NCBI GenBank assembly: GCA_030248215.1
Contig: JASANG010001737.1
Span: 372,001-436,000 of the forward strand
Length of the DNA stretch: 64,000 bases
From: Enoplolaimus lenunculus
Lineage: Eukaryota
Reading direction: 5' to 3'
Shown: positions 63,668-64,000 of the stretch, one piece after another
Position numbering within the stretch: position 1 is the stretch's first letter
How the letters are laid out: every line of letters starts with the position of its first letter
Notes under the pieces: model-generated
What the model was told of the DNA's origin: nothing
Seen by the model: the letters and a program-made list of their open reading frames with translations, nothing else
The model's database searches: none
Made by a program: the position numbers and the translations under genes

Positions 63668-64000
63668 GTATTCTTAAATTCCTGACATTTAGGTATTTGT
63701 AACAGAAATATAAATCGGATTTTAAGACTTTGTTTCATAAACGATTATAACAAGTATTTTTGAAATTTAAGACAAATATGTCTTCAACAAAAAGACTTGT
63801 TTTGCTGATTTTTCAGACAAGTCACTGAAACAAAGTTTTGCGAGTTACAGCGATTCCAAAATTAAAAACTAAAGTTCAATAAAATTCCCAAATATCTCAG
63901 CCTAAGATGCGTCCGTGATAGGTTTGGAGTCCCTGAGCACAGTCCAAAATATATATGCTTGAAATTTGATTCTTTATATATACACTCCAAAGAATAAAAG

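Overview
Eukaryotic, AT-rich, repeat-dense genomic DNA, most likely from a nematode. This is an inference from the TTAGGC repeats and a nematode-style Sulfotransfer_2 protein. Only one clear protein-coding gene is present: an intronless Golgi-type carbohydrate sulfotransferase at 62330-63667 (-). The rest is mostly non-autonomous DNA transposons (MITEs), several satellites, and one decayed I-group LINE inside a minisatellite. MITE classes by termini and target-site duplication (TSD): GG..CC with 8-bp TSD (Merlin-like, carrying telomeric TTAGGC repeats); TTAA|CCC..GGG|TTAA (piggyBac-like, carrying a tRNA-like A/B-box cassette); CAC..GTG with 2-bp TSD (CACTA/EnSpm-like); CAG..CTG with 8-bp TSD (hAT-like); Harbinger-like; and Tc1/mariner-like. 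Highlights: (1) a telomere-repeat MITE whose ends repeatedly duplicate in tandem at the TTAGGC tract, including a near-perfect 62-bp x7 nascent satellite; (2) piggyBac-like MITE dimers with Pol III-type promoter boxes, placed as an inverted pair around a 32-bp satellite and homogenised within each dimer. A few minus-strand exon-like blocks may belong to an unrecognised or decayed gene. All calls come from manual reading; no database searches were run.
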